64,000 nucleotides of DNA. It comes from Lama guanicoe (lineage: Eukaryota). The stretch lies in contig MU053472.1 of the NCBI GenBank assembly GCA_013239625.1, forward strand, positions 2,125,236 to 2,189,235, read 5' to 3'. Position 1 is the stretch's first letter. Every line of letters starts with the position of its first letter. Shown in pieces: positions 38,001 to 50,749 of the stretch. The position numbers and the translations under genes are program-made. The notes beneath the pieces are model-generated. The model ran no database searches, was not told the origin of the DNA, and saw only the letters and a list, made by a program, of their open reading frames with translations.

Positions 38001-39900
38001 ATACAACAGCATTAAGAACATTTTATTTTACTCCTTGCAGAGAGATATGGGGAGGTATTATTTAATTATTAGTTCCTAATCACTATTTTTTTTGCATTCT
38101 GGTCAGAGATGTGTAGAACATAGATTTTTAGTATTCTGGTATTTGCTGAAATTTCCCTTGCAGCTTAATACATGGCTGAATTCTAAGAATCTTTCACGGA
38201 TATTTGAAAATAGGTGTATTCTGTCTTTGTTGGGTGTAATATTCTATGTGTATTATTAAAACAGAGTTGCTTGTGTATTTAAATCCTTCATATCTTTACT
38301 CTTTTGTGTATGTACCTGATTATCTGATTTCTGGGAAAGAGGTGTTAAAAATCTCCCACTCTGATTGTGGATTTGTCGATTTCTTGTATTTCTATCAAAT
38401 TTCACTCAATACTGTATATTTCAAAGCTATGTTCTTAATTAACAAAAGATTAGAAATTTTATTGTTGGAGAATTATACTTTTTATCAGTATGAAGCCCCT
38501 CTTTGTCCCTTTTGTTGCTTTTCACTTTTTAGACTGAAAACAATATTTTGTGTGAAATTAATATTCTTAAATCTGCATACCTTCTGTTAGCATTTACATG
38601 AGATATGTTTTTCCATGTCTTTATTTTAAACTTTTCTTTATCATTTTATATTATAAATATTTCATGTAAACAGCATACATCAAAAGTTTTGAAAAGGCCA
38701 GTTGGATCTTCTGTCCTTTGGTTGGGGAATTTAACCTGTTTACATTAATTGTGAGTACTAGTATGTTTAGAGATTTCTTCCTTTTTCTCTTTTCTTCTTT
38801 ATTTCCTTTTGTTGGATTGATTTAGTTCTCTTTTTCAACTTTAATTGTCTTGAAATCTATTCTATTTTTCTAACAGTTATTGTAATTTCTAATATTGGCT
38901 TAAAAATTTTAATTTTTGTATCATTTTTCCTGTCAATTTGTCTACATCTCAACTCATCCCTTGCCCCCAACAGCACAAGAGTCTTAGCAAGCATTCATTC
39001 ACTTCCCTCTGCTCTCATTTGTCCCCTCCTACTGCCCATGCGGACACTATCTGGCATTTTATCCCCAGGTTGTCATTGTTTTTTTTATTCATGAACATCA
39101 TTAGACTTACTTTAGGTTTTGTTTCTTTGCTGATCATTTGCTTCTTACATCTCTTGTATTCCTATGAATTCCTTTTTAGGGGGAGGGGTTGAGTTACATT
39201 GTTTAGAAATTCTTGAAAGAGAACATTTGTGGCTGATTAACTTCCAAGGCTTACCACGTCTGAAAAAATGCCTTAATTTTACACCCCGAGCCCTACCTCC
39301 ATCTAGATGTTACCTTGGCTAGGAATAAGATTTTAGCTTTAAAATAATTTATCATTTTTATATTGAGATATTGTTTCATTGTCTTTTGGCATCCAGCCTT
39401 AGTAGTGAAACATATAATGCCAAACTGTTACCTGTTCCATTGTAGATTGTCCTCTCTTTATCCTTGGTGTTCTGAGATTCCTCTTTGTCCTTGGTGTTCT
39501 GATGTAGGCCTTTTCTATCTAAAGGCCACAATTTTCCTTTAGATCTAGGAAACTTTCTTCTATTATCTCTTTGATTATTTCCTTCCTTTTATCCACTGTG
39601 TTCTCTTTTAGAGATCCTTCAAAATATCTAATCTGATGAGCTTTTTCTTCTGTTTAACATATATTTTCTTACATTTTACATGACTTTTTTTTAGAGAGGA
39701 AGTTGGCACACAGTCAGATCACAATTTTAATCTAGTCCTTCTATGCATTATAAAGAGATTTAAAGATGAACTTCAAATTACACCTTTGAATGTGATTGAA
39801 TTTGGGCTCTGGCTATTTTCTCAAAGAATCTTATTTTTCTATCTTTGGATGGATTCCCTTCAGAGAATCCTATAAGATTTTTCGCTCATTGAACCATATT
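35010..39900 (-). mobile_element. Long (about 4.9 kb) ancient L1, from 3'UTR through ORF2 RT/EN toward the 5' region
   Basis: Continuous T-rich antisense L1: agaatcagcttgtcaagttcc...gggattttgattgggattgcattaaac; ggtgttaaaaatctcccactctgattgtggatttgtc (EN region). Heavily decayed. Confidence 0.85.
37674..37856 (-). mobile_element. Younger L1 3'-end insertion nested in the ancient L1
   Basis: T-rich tail, tagtcaatttataatgtgtcaatttctggagtacagc...atagttccctgtgctata; 13-bp TSD ttaattcattttt at 37661-37673 and 37857-37869. Confidence 0.85.
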
Positions 39901-39982
39901 TATTTAGTGGGTAATGTTTGCTTGACATTGTTCTACATCCTGAGGATCCAAAGGTGAAAAAAGTCCCAAGTTTACAATCTGG

Positions 39983-40185
39983 CTGAGTTTCTCAACCTTG
40001 GTATTATTGGCATTTCTATTGGATGTTTCTCTGTTGTGGGAGGTTGTCTAGAGCACCACAGAATGTTAGCAGTGTCTCTGTCTTCTACCCAACTAGAGAT
40101 GTCAGTAGCATTGCCTCTCCCTTGTGTGAAAATAAAAGATGTCTTCAAACATTGCCAAGTTCTCCACCTGCTCCCAGAACCACCG
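39983..40185 (+). mobile_element. MER20 hAT-Charlie MITE
   Basis: tttctcaaccttggtattattggcattt...tgttgtgggagg...ctacccaactagagatgtcagtagca...aaacattgccaa...agaaccaccg follows the MER20 layout. Confidence 0.8.
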
Positions 40186-40229
40186 GTCTAGCCGGAGAAG
40201 TAACTAATATAATATGGAGAGTACGTTAG

Positions 40230-40960
40230 TGGAAGAAGGTACACAGCAGAGTATTGGCACAAAGAGGGTAGCGGCTAACCCTGCCTGGGGTCCAAGAAAG
40301 GCTTTTCAAGGCAGAAGATACTTGGCCTGGGAATAAAGGAAGGGCTGGGTGTTTGTCAGGCAAATAAAAGAGTGAGAGAAGAAAGAATAGCAGTAGTATT
40401 AAAACTAAAGACAGAAAGGTTGAAACAGTTTGATGCATTTGAAGAACTCTGAGTGGTAGTTCAGTGTATGGTTGGAACATAGATTTGAGGACTGTGGTGA
40501 AGGAAGAAGGAAGCAATAAAGCTGGAGGGGTAGTAAGAGACAAGGTTATAAAAAAAAATAAAAAAAATATAAAAAATTTGTAGGTTGTGCTAAGAAAATT
40601 TGGGCTTTATTGAGTAGTGATGGCAAACCACTGAAAGTATTAGGCAGGGAAGTGGTATTTTAGAAAGGTGCTTTTGTAAATATGCAGGGAATGGTTTAGA
40701 AGGACGTGAAATTGGAAAGGGAGAGATTAGTTTGAAGACAGTTCCAGTAGCTAAGTTAAAGGCTTAAACTAGGCCTGTGAGGACTACAGAGATGGCAAAT
40801 GGCACAAGCAATATGTAGGAGATAGAACAGATAAGAATTAATAAGTGATTGTTTAGCTATGGAGAATAAGGAATTGGGAGGAATTAAGGACAATGTCAGA
40901 TTTTGGTGAAAAGAGAGGGTAAGTGGGGATGTTCTCAATGAACTGTGTTTACAGGCAGAA
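40230..40960 (-). mobile_element. L2 LINE fragment
   Basis: Purine-rich antisense L2: taagaaaatttgggctttattgagtagtgatggcaaaccactgaa; gggaggaattaaggacaatgtcagattttgg. Confidence 0.75.
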
Positions 40961-42384
40961 AATTCAAGCAAAAACCTCTGGGACAAAACCAAAACCACAA
41001 CCAAACAAACAAGCAAACAAACAAGAAGTCCTACCCCCTCCTTCCTCAAGTGTCTTGTAGATCCTTAGTTCTAAATGCAAAAGACAATAAGTAAATTGGC
41101 AGTTTTTAGAAAAGTAGAACCATCCCCCACCCAAATCATTGTTGTCCTTCCTCTAAAGAAGCTCTAAGTTTTCTCTAAGCCTTTTGGCCTTTTTGTTCCA
41201 ATATTCCAAGACAATGGTATCCCACTATTGAGTCAACTCATTTTGACACACTATTTCAGCCGTTACAACAGATGGTGAAAATTTAAGCCAAGATCAGACA
41301 ATGAGGACTAAAAATTTTCATCGATTAATGATATAAAATGGACAGTGGCATCCATAAAATGACTTAAATTCCACAAGCAACCATAAATGCCAAATAATTC
41401 AAAGGTGGGAGAATTTTTCAGCATCTCAGTTGAAGTACTGTGGCACTGGGGACCTCTACCGTTGAGAAGGTGAATGGCTTCAACGTGAGGATTAAACATT
41501 CAAAAAAACATCAGCCAAGCATGTGCAGGCTACAGCCTGCCAAAGTTTGGAAATATTCTTCAGAGGCACACGGGGAGCTGTGTCACCGGAGTTGAAACAG
41601 GCTTATACGGTAGGATCTAGGTCTCCTCCCACCTCCTGGAACCCATTCTTCATCTCCAGGTACCATGTCCCACTGCTGTCTTCTGGCCAATAAGTCTGTA
41701 CTGGGTTTGGTTACTACTGTTTGTGTGTTTGCTTGTTTGTTTTTTGAGGCTTAGAGTTTATCTGAGCCTTTTTTGAGGCATAATTACAAGCAAACTTAAT
41801 GTTTACACAATTTAAACCCATTGATACTAAGAGCTGGAAGGAATCTATTATCTAACGTCTCTCAGTCTATGCTTAGACCCTTTAGAAAGGAGAGTGTGTG
41901 CTTCTTACGTCCATCTCTGCCTCTAGAGAAAAGTGCTCCATTTAAATGGTTAGTGCTTAGAAATGGTCACTAGAAATAGTTCTCTTTTCAGATAATTTTT
42001 CCTTTACTCTATCCAGATGCTGAAATGTTGACTGAAAACCCCAGATTCTCCTACAATTCACTCCCTTACAAAGTCTGAATCCAAAAAGACGTTTGATTCT
42101 GCCTCATTGTCCCCACAGTTCTCTCAGAAGATTTTAAAACAGTACAGTTGTTTTTTTAAGTGAGGTTTTGTGAAAAGTTTTTCTCAAATGCCACAACCTA
42201 TAGGGTTGGGAAAGATTTCTGCTGTGTTTATATTTAATATCTGCATGGGTATGGCTCTCTATATAGTGACCTTTCCCTTTAAGAGAGACTTGGTTCCATT
42301 ATTTCCATGATATGCACTGATAGCATTTAAACTAACCCGAGGGCCTCTCCAGGTACAGTTTGACTAATAACAGACACACTCGAG

Positions 42385-42590
42385 CTTGATTTTGGGCTCT
42401 ACTATTTATAAGTTTATTACTAAGTAACTTGTTCAAGTTACTTAACCTCTCTGACTCTCAATTTTCTCCTCTGTTAAAATGGGAGAAAATAATATTTATC
42501 TTGCAGGTTTTATGAGGTTTGAATAAGATGGTGTTTATGAAAACAGACATGACAGAGGCTGGCACAAAGTCAATGCTCAATGTAAGTTTC
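42385..42590 (+). mobile_element. MIR SINE
   Basis: caagttacttaacctctctgactctcaattttctcctctgttaaaatggg. Confidence 0.8.
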
Positions 42591-43344
42591 CCTTCTCTTC
42601 CCTTCCCTCCCATTTATAAAGAACACATTAAATAATCACTCCAGAGTAAGAGTTATCTGTGTTTAAAAATATGCCTAGGTAGAATCCTTTATCAACAACA
42701 CATTTTCAAGCCTAATGTGAGCCAAACCAAGTTCTTCTCTTCATCAGATTGTGCTTCTATCTGAAAGAAAGTCAGTCCAATGAAGGTTGATGATGACCGG
42801 AGGAACTGGGTTTTAGAGGGTTTGGTTTTACACATGAAGAACCAAAGGCATAATCCAAATGTTGTGTAAGGAATTTGATTGAATTCGAAAATACTTTAGC
42901 CAACTCCTGCCGTCACACGCGAATACACGGCTTGGTATAGGGAGCGACAAGGGAAAGAATCGAACGAAAGTTCAAAACAAGAGAAACTGAAGCCCCTAAC
43001 CTGAAAGAGGCTTACACCACCTCTAGCACCACCCCTAGCACCACCCAGTCACATTCACAACGTGCAACGTGTGTATCTGAGCCGTCTATACAAAGAAAGT
43101 TTAGCAGCTCCATGCCTCGCCTTTGACGACTCCAAGTTAGGTCATCCTGTCACTAACTTTTTTGTAAAACCTTTATGTCCATCCACATACAGAGAACCAC
43201 GTGCTACAATACAATTCAAGGTAGTGCACAGATACATTTTCACACTGCCAAGATTTTTGTTGCTTTCAATGCTTGGCGTGAAATGTAAAAGCTAATGGCT
43301 TCTACTCACTTTGAAAAATGAAGAAGGGAGCAGCAATCTGGATG

Positions 43345-43570
43345 AAGGAATAGTGGGTTAGCAATCAGAAGAGCAAAAATCGAAACCTTTCTTATGCCAC
43401 TGCCTTATCAGTGCGACCGAAGACAAGTCCTCTAAATACGGTGCTTCAGCTTCCCCGCCAGAATGCTGTAAATAATAATTCTGGCTTATACCTCAAAGGG
43501 AGGATATAATAAGCATAAAATACTTTGCAATCTTCCTTAAGACAGTGTTACATAAATCCCAGTCATTACC
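43345..43570 (+). mobile_element. MIR SINE
   Basis: tgccactgccttatcagtgcgaccgaagacaagtc...gcttcagcttcccc...ctgtaaaat. Confidence 0.5.
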
Positions 43571-46153
43571 ACCACTAATACGCTAGGATGATAGTACCTG
43601 CAGGGAGGTAATCATCACCTTGGGGAGAGAGAGCCATTAATCACTTAAATCTCTCAAGTTGTGTGTCAAGTCAAGGGCAAGCGGGAGAGATGCAAACTGT
43701 AGTGCTGGTGTCAGAATGATGTTGTACTAGCCTCAAGCCTTTGCTGTGTGAACATTTGGCTTCTAAGAAGACGATTCTGAATCGCTATGAGAAGATATGG
43801 TCTTGACTAGTCTACCTCTCTTGAGGCTTTACATCTCGGCAACAGTGTTGCAATTCCCACTTAAGCTGACGTCCAAGTGCAGGATAGCGCTGTCAACAGA
43901 GTCCGGAGGGAGGATGCTTACAGTAACCAAGAAAACCATTTCCAAACGAGGGTTATAAAATGTCTTCCTAAATCCAAATTGTAACTTTTATCTTAGAGTT
44001 CATCTCTAGTGAAGGTGCTGGTGTACAGATCAAATGTCTAGATTGATAGATGTGGCTCACTGGCATAAGGGACTCGCTCACTGTCAGAGCCCAGAATCCG
44101 AAGGTGATTAGGTGGCTAAAGAGAGAAGATGAGCACCAGACAACCTTGTTTGTCATTTTGCCGCTTAATCACGTAAATCCCTTAACACGACGTACATCTG
44201 CATGGCAGGAAATTAAACACTGACAAAAATAAAACCAAAGCTCCCAGATCAGTTCAGACACCTGTTTCACAGGAGTAAGTGTGATCAGATTGTCTGTTGG
44301 TAGTAATTTTTTTTTAATGTAGACATTCTTAACATTTGAATACTGGCACACACACTTTAGGATTCATTTTTATAAGGGTGGTTGCTTTTTCTACAATGTA
44401 GATAAATGTTAAATTCCAAACAAAAAAACAGACCAGATTCTAACTGAAAATAAATACAGTATCCTCTAATTATTCCTAATTCATAAGCAAATATATTTCC
44501 TATTTCAGAAGGAAGCTGATTTGGGGATTTCCTCTTAACTGCACCAAAAAAAACACTACAAGTGGCATGTTTCTCCACACACACTTAACCTATTTGATTC
44601 TGAACAAGATTTCCTTTATGATCCTTACATTGTTTAAATGAATTCTTTATAGGGAAGACTCAAATCTTTTAAAGTCCTAGTGTATGAGATTATGATTTAA
44701 AATTTTTTTATCCAAATGAAAAATACCAATGTAAAGACCATAATTTTTTTTTCTTAAAACACACACACAGCCACAGCCTTATACCATCATGTGATAACTG
44801 TTTTTGTCCTATGTTCCATTTTTTAGTTAAAACCACAGGTACAAAAACATGTGCAAATCAGCTAAACCTTTAAGAACATGTTAGTGAAAAAAGCAAAGCA
44901 GAAAATACTCTCTTCTGAGAAAAACTGACCATTTCCAGGCAAGGTTAATTAAAAAAAATTCTTTTAAATTTAAAAATAACTTTAAATAGAAAAGCTTTAA
45001 ACAGGTCACTCGAAGCAGAAGTTGGTTTTCTTTTTAACAGTGCAAATGTGCAGAACGTCCCAGAGACGTTCAAATGCACCTGGCACCTACAGAGCAACCT
45101 CCAAGCAGATAAAACTTAGACAAGATCCATGGACGGTTTTCACGGTAACTGGAAGGCGTCGGCACAGGGCACCACGGCTCTTTTCAAAACATACCGAAGT
45201 GTGGAATAAAGCATTCCAAGCACAAAATGAGCACGCAACAAGAGCTGCAAAAGAGTCTTTTACCTAATCAAAAGCTTAAATTCACAGAACTTCAGAGCAT
45301 TGCCGTTTCAGCTTAACGTTGCCAAAATAATCAGGCAGAATGAAGCAAAACAAATAGGGGAAAACAAGCCTCCCACTCTGGTTTTGATTTGTTGCCCATT
45401 TCAGTCGAGCGGTTTGGCCTGTTTGGGCCAGACTGCTTTCAAACCTCTTCCAAATGCCCTATAATGGCACCTAATTTTACATTTAACTCTTGGAGGAAAG
45501 AGTTGTTTCTCTTGTGATGGTATTTGTTCTATTTGAACATTATCAAACTGTTTGTTCTAATCCATTAGGAAAAAAAAAAAACAAAAAAGCCATAATAAGT
45601 CTCATCTAGAGGCTTTTCCCAGTCAGGAAGGTGGCTGAAAAGATTTAGGTCTTTAGCCTGTCTTTAAATCTTCTAAATGAAAGATGATTTACAATTAAGC
45701 TTCGAAAATGTGAACACCCTCAAGTCTGGAAAGTTTCAGTCTGAATGTAGGTATCCTAAATCAACGCAAAAGACTCTGTCTCGCAGAACCAAATTTTACA
45801 AAAATCGGCCTCTATGCTCAGATTTTGTTAATAAATTATAAAGGGTGCATGTACTGTGTTTAAACTCAGCTAGTCTCAGCTGAGACACTATCAGCATTTG
45901 CTTATAAAATGCCATGAAAAGAGTAAGAGGGCTTGTGTTTTTAAAGATAAAATGACAAGAAGTGCTGGAAAATTGGCACACGGAGGTCATTTTCTTTAAG
46001 AAAAATTATTACCGTTCTAATAATTCGGTAGGTCGGAATAAGAAGATAAGGTTTGTCAGGCGCTTCAGAAGACTTCTCCAGGTTTCGCTGCAAATGAAGG
46101 TCAATTTTTACAAACAGAATCATCAAATTTTTAAAATTTTTAACCAGTTTGAG

Positions 46154-46492
46154 ATTTTTTTAATTTATTTTTTTACATTTTTTTATTGCGTTATAGTCAT
46201 TTTATAATGTGTCAATTTCCAGTGTAGAGCACAAATTTTCACTTATACATGAACATACATATATTCATTGTCGCATTTTTTTTCGCAGTGAGCTACCACA
46301 AGATCTGGTATATATTTCCCTGTGCTATACAGGATAATCTTGTTTATGTATTCTACATGTGCCTGTCAGTATCTACAAATTTCGAAATCCCAGTCTGTCC
46401 CTTCCCACCTTCCCTCCCCCTTGGCAACCACAAGTTTGTATTCTATGTCTATGAATCTGTTTCTGTTTTGTATTTATGTTCATTTTTTTTTT
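46154..46492 (-). mobile_element. Lineage-specific L1 3'UTR fragment
   Basis: T-rich tail, then ttattgcgttatagtcattttataatgtgtcaatttccagtgtagagc...ccccttggcaaccacaagtttgtattctatgtctatgaatctgtttctgttttg. Confidence 0.85.
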
Positions 46493-47884
46493 CAAGTCTG
46501 GGAGCTTCATCGACACAAACTTCTCATTTTCCCTCGTCTACACGCAGCCAGTGACCTTGCCCTTGGTCAGAGATCTTATTTCCATTCAATAAGCAATGCA
46601 CGTAGTCGAAGGACCATGGTTATAATCCTAGATTTGGATCCGGGCTATATAACTTTAAGCAAGTTTTCTTTCTTTCTTTTTTTTTTTTTCACCAGAGCTC
46701 ATTTGCCTCATCTGGAAAACAATGGAATTACACCAAGTATCGCTAATAATTCATTCCAGTTGAAAACTCTCTGAGTTCCCGGCAAAGGAGGCGTCCCGGG
46801 CAATGGTGCCCACATATAACATCAGGCCTGTCAGCAGACCCTTCGGGTAGATCTTCTAAAGCTACCCAACTATCTGAATCCCTGAAATAAGAACTAAAGG
46901 CCAAGAAACTGGGAGATTTGGGGGGTGGGGGAAGAATGAGGGTTAGATAAAATCTACTATAGAGAGAAAATTGCATAGAAAAAGTTGTACCTGGTGCAGG
47001 TGTGAGAATAAATTGCACTTTGGGTAGTGACCGCAGACAAAGGAGAGAAAAGGAGACTACAGATCCAGGAAGAAGACTACGGCACGAGCACCAAGATTTA
47101 CAAAACCGCGTCAGAAATGACACTTCCCAAAATTGAGTAAATAGAATTTCTCAAAAATGAGGGTGATGCACTTAAATTTTTTTGTCCTTGAGGCAATATG
47201 GGTAGTGGCTAGAACTCCGATCCAGAAGGTAGATTCTACGGCAGCTTAGACCCTGCCATTTACTAAGAACATGTGACAGAGAAGTCACTTCACCTGCCCA
47301 GGTATCATTGTACTCATCTGTAAGAGGAAGGAGAGGAACTCTTTGAGGTCCCTTATAGATCTTAAATTTTATAATTAGACATGATTAAACCAAAGCATTC
47401 TTCAATGAAGTTAGCCAGGAATCTAAGAAAGGCCTTAAAAGTTGAGATAATATTAATATCCACTTCATTCATTTTGGAAATTTCAATGAAAATGGTGGCT
47501 GTGAAAGAGCTTTGGAAGCTGCAAAATGCTGTACAAGCAATGGTGGTAATAGACATTATTATTTATCAGCATTTTAGAAAAGTGAGGGGTTAATGTTGGT
47601 GAAAACTTCAGTAGTCTGAGGTAGGTAGTCAACACATGCTTCCTGAGTAAATAAATGAATTCAAAGTAGCATGTCCAATCTCATAGTGAGAACAATTGAT
47701 AAACAGATTTGCAGATGTAAAGGGGAAAGCTCGTCTCTACATTGTGGAGAATGTGGGCAAATAGGAAGTCAAGTTCAATAAAAAAAAAAAAAACAACAAC
47801 AGGAGACTGTTTGGAAGGATGCCTCCCCCTGCCCAGAATTTCCACTTTGAAGAAAGAGGCTTTGGTTTCAAAAACCACTGTCAA

Positions 47885-48240
47885 CCTTGTACAAGACTTT
47901 ATGTTAACTTCTTGAGCACGGAGAATAGATGTTCTACGATAAAAAGGCAGTCCCTGCCTTCAAGAAGCTTACAACTAATGTGGGAGCATGACAAATGCAT
48001 ACTAACTGTACTGTGACGTGACAAGTGCTGTGACAGAAGCAGTCCTGGATCTCACAGAGCCACAGAGTAGGGGGACTAGTTCTGTGTGCGAAGAATGGAG
48101 GGTAGGAAACCGAGAAAACTTCTGTAAGAGATAATAGTTAATATTCCTCAAAAGATGAACAGGATTTCATTAAGCTAAAAAGATGAGAAAGGCATTCCAG
48201 GCAGATGATGGGAAGAATGTTCCAGAGTGGAAATATAAGT
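47885..48240 (-). mobile_element. L2 fragment
   Basis: aggcagtccctgccttcaagaagcttacaactaatg...gaaaggcattccaggcaga. Confidence 0.7.
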
Positions 48241-49954
48241 GAGAACCAAAATCCAAGAGACCAAAATGGAGTGTGAGGGTGACCAAGCAAAGGTTAAAGT
48301 TTTCACCATCTGCGCCAGGTAAGAGAAGTCATCATCTTCACCATCACAATCCATTTTTGCAGGGTGAACACTTGGGCAGACTGTTTCATAAAATAGCATA
48401 ACTAACTCCAAAAAGTGTCAGCATGAATACATGTGCTTTGCTGGGTATTTTACAAAGGAAATTAAAAAGATAAGAAACCAATCTTTTCAGAGCTTAAATT
48501 TAGACTAATGCCGTTTGGGGAACATCATAAGGCCTTTTCTTTTTTAATTAAGATTTTATGTTTTAATTCAAACTCTCCCATGGACTTAAAGGCAACATTA
48601 CCTGTAATAAATTGCACCAAAAGTTATATAGCTGAATACATATACTCAGGGGCTTGGACTCTGAGTCTAACTCAAATCACGTTTAAGAGCTCTCGCTTCT
48701 ATTTTTAACCAGCATGAGGCGGGCAATGGAGCTAACTTTTCTCACTATGGCTCCAGCCCGTATCTTACTTATATCCATCTTTTCCCAGTGCTTTTTTTTT
48801 TTTTAGCTCCCATCCATAGAGGTGGCATATATTTTACTTTCCTGTCACATCTGACTGCTTGCTAATTAGTCTGGTTGAAATAGCTCTCCAAACCTATCTT
48901 CACCACTAGTTAATCAACGTAAGTAGTCACTTTTGAGTCCTGCCATGTAAGGCGTACTATCCCCGCCACGTTCCCAGATCCTACTGGCGCAGGTCCAGAG
49001 TTTGGGACTGGAAATTCAATCAGAACCATGCTTTCCTATGGAATTTGACCTTATATTATTTTTAACACATACAGTCCAACAGCAACAAACAGCCATGAAA
49101 AGGAACTTCACATATTAAGCACATAGCAAGCCGTTAGGTAAACATGCCGGATTATACCAAGCCTATAGCTGCTAGGAATAATACTGACCTGCCAGGCTCT
49201 CATGTACGAGGTTCGGTTGGCATTTTTGCTGTTAGAAGACATAAGCCTATGCCTCTGAATAAGGCTGGGCAGTAAATACTAGAGCAGGTGGTCTGGCCGA
49301 CGGATCCTTTGGAGAAGATGGTTCTGGAGGGATGGAAAAGAAACTCTGGGGCTTTCTTTCAGTCCTTTTACATGCTCCATGTTCCATAAAGGTCAAACTA
49401 CTTTTATAAAAGGAAATTAAATGTTAAAAACCAGTACTAAAATGAAATCACTCTATTTTCTTACCTAACCCCACAAAAGTCAGGGTGTTTGGAGCTCAAA
49501 TCTCCTTATTTCCACTAAGCAGTGGATCCCAATTTAGGACAAAAAAAAAAATGTGTCTGGATATTTCATGTGCTATAATTCTTCAGAAAAGGATAGAGTG
49601 CTGGTATTTCTTATTTCAGAAGTAATGCATTACAGAATAATGAACTGGACGCTGATTTCTAAATCGCAATTGAATTTTTCATTGATATCCTGGTAACAGC
49701 ATACGTGTAGGTACACGTAGTATACGTGTGAGTCTGTCTTCAAACATATGCCTTTTAAGAAGGCAAGCAGGTCATTTAAAGGCGCCTATCCTGAAAGTCC
49801 TCACTTGCATGACAGGTATGTTTTCCTTTGTAACTCTTCCTTTCGGTTCCAAATGGAATAAACCCACTTTGATGAAAGCATCTATGACTTCAGATACATA
49901 CAATGTAAATGCGAAGATTTATGTGACAAAACTCACCTCTGAGGAGCACATGCC

Positions 49955-50062
49955 TCGTGGTAACTGCAAGCCAAAAATCTACACTAGATACACACACAAA
50001 GAAAAAGGAATCCAAACATAACACTAAAGAGAGTCACCAAATGACAAGACAACAAAAGGAGC
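49955..50062 (+). mobile_element. Short internal L1 fragment (inter-ORF region)
   Basis: gtaactgcaagccaaaaatctacactagatacacacacaaagaaaaaggaatccaaacataacactaaag. Confidence 0.6.
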
Positions 50063-50099
50063 ACACAGTGACTATGTTTATAATAATTAATATTTGAGA

Positions 50100-50700
50100 G
50101 GCGGCAGCGTGGTTATTAAGCTCGCTTCGCTGCAGACTCAGAGCCCCGTGCTTGACTCCAGGCTCTACCACCTACTGCCGTACAAGCTTTCTTGGCTTCG
50201 ATTGTCTTATCTTTAGTGGAGATTATAACAGTACCTGGGATTAAATTAATTTTAATACTATGCTTAAGTTACTCTGCATTACGTACAACACATATGAGTG
50301 CTTCAAAGACAGGAGCCATTGTTATTTGTGCAATACTATGTGCTTTACAAAGTGTCTTCGTTGGCATCTCACTCGGTCCTCCTGGAACATTGCTCCCCTG
50401 ATGTAGCACAGTAAAAGTCTGAGTTCTGGAATCCAACTGCTTAGGCTGGAAATCCAGCTTCCCCACTTACTAACTATGCAAAACATCTAAGTTTCTTTTC
50501 TAATTCTTCAGTTTTCTTATCTGCCAAATAGGGATGATAACCGTCTTTACCTCACAGCACTGATGTGCACACATGCAAAGTGCTTAGAAGGATACTTGCA
50601 ACGTAGCAGGTGTTTAATAGATATTAGAAATTATTGTCTTCATTTTAAAGATGAAAAAAACTATTTCAGCGAAGCAAGTGATTTGCCCAAGGGCAATTAT
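50100..50700. mobile_element. Cluster of MIR SINEs
   Basis: Several MIR cores, e.g. cagttttcttatctgccaaatagggatgataac and cattttaaagatgaaaaaaac...gtgatttgcccaagg. Confidence 0.7.
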
Positions 50701-50749
50701 CTAAAAAATCATATCGCTACATGTTTACTCCAGAAAACATACAAATGTA

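Noticed and set aside
43015..43046. 12-bp tandem repeat caccacc[t/c]ctag, about 2.5 copies
   Set aside because: Simple local duplication; poor match to CTCF and no spacers.
44778..44802. gtgataactg resembling part of miR-101
   Set aside because: Seed region absent and no precursor hairpin.
45873..45886. 14-bp palindrome gtctcagctgagac
   Set aside because: A few perfect 14-bp palindromes are expected by chance in 64 kb.
47617..47632. tgaggtaggtag resembling the let-7 5' end
   Set aside because: Match ends after 8 nt and there is no hairpin.
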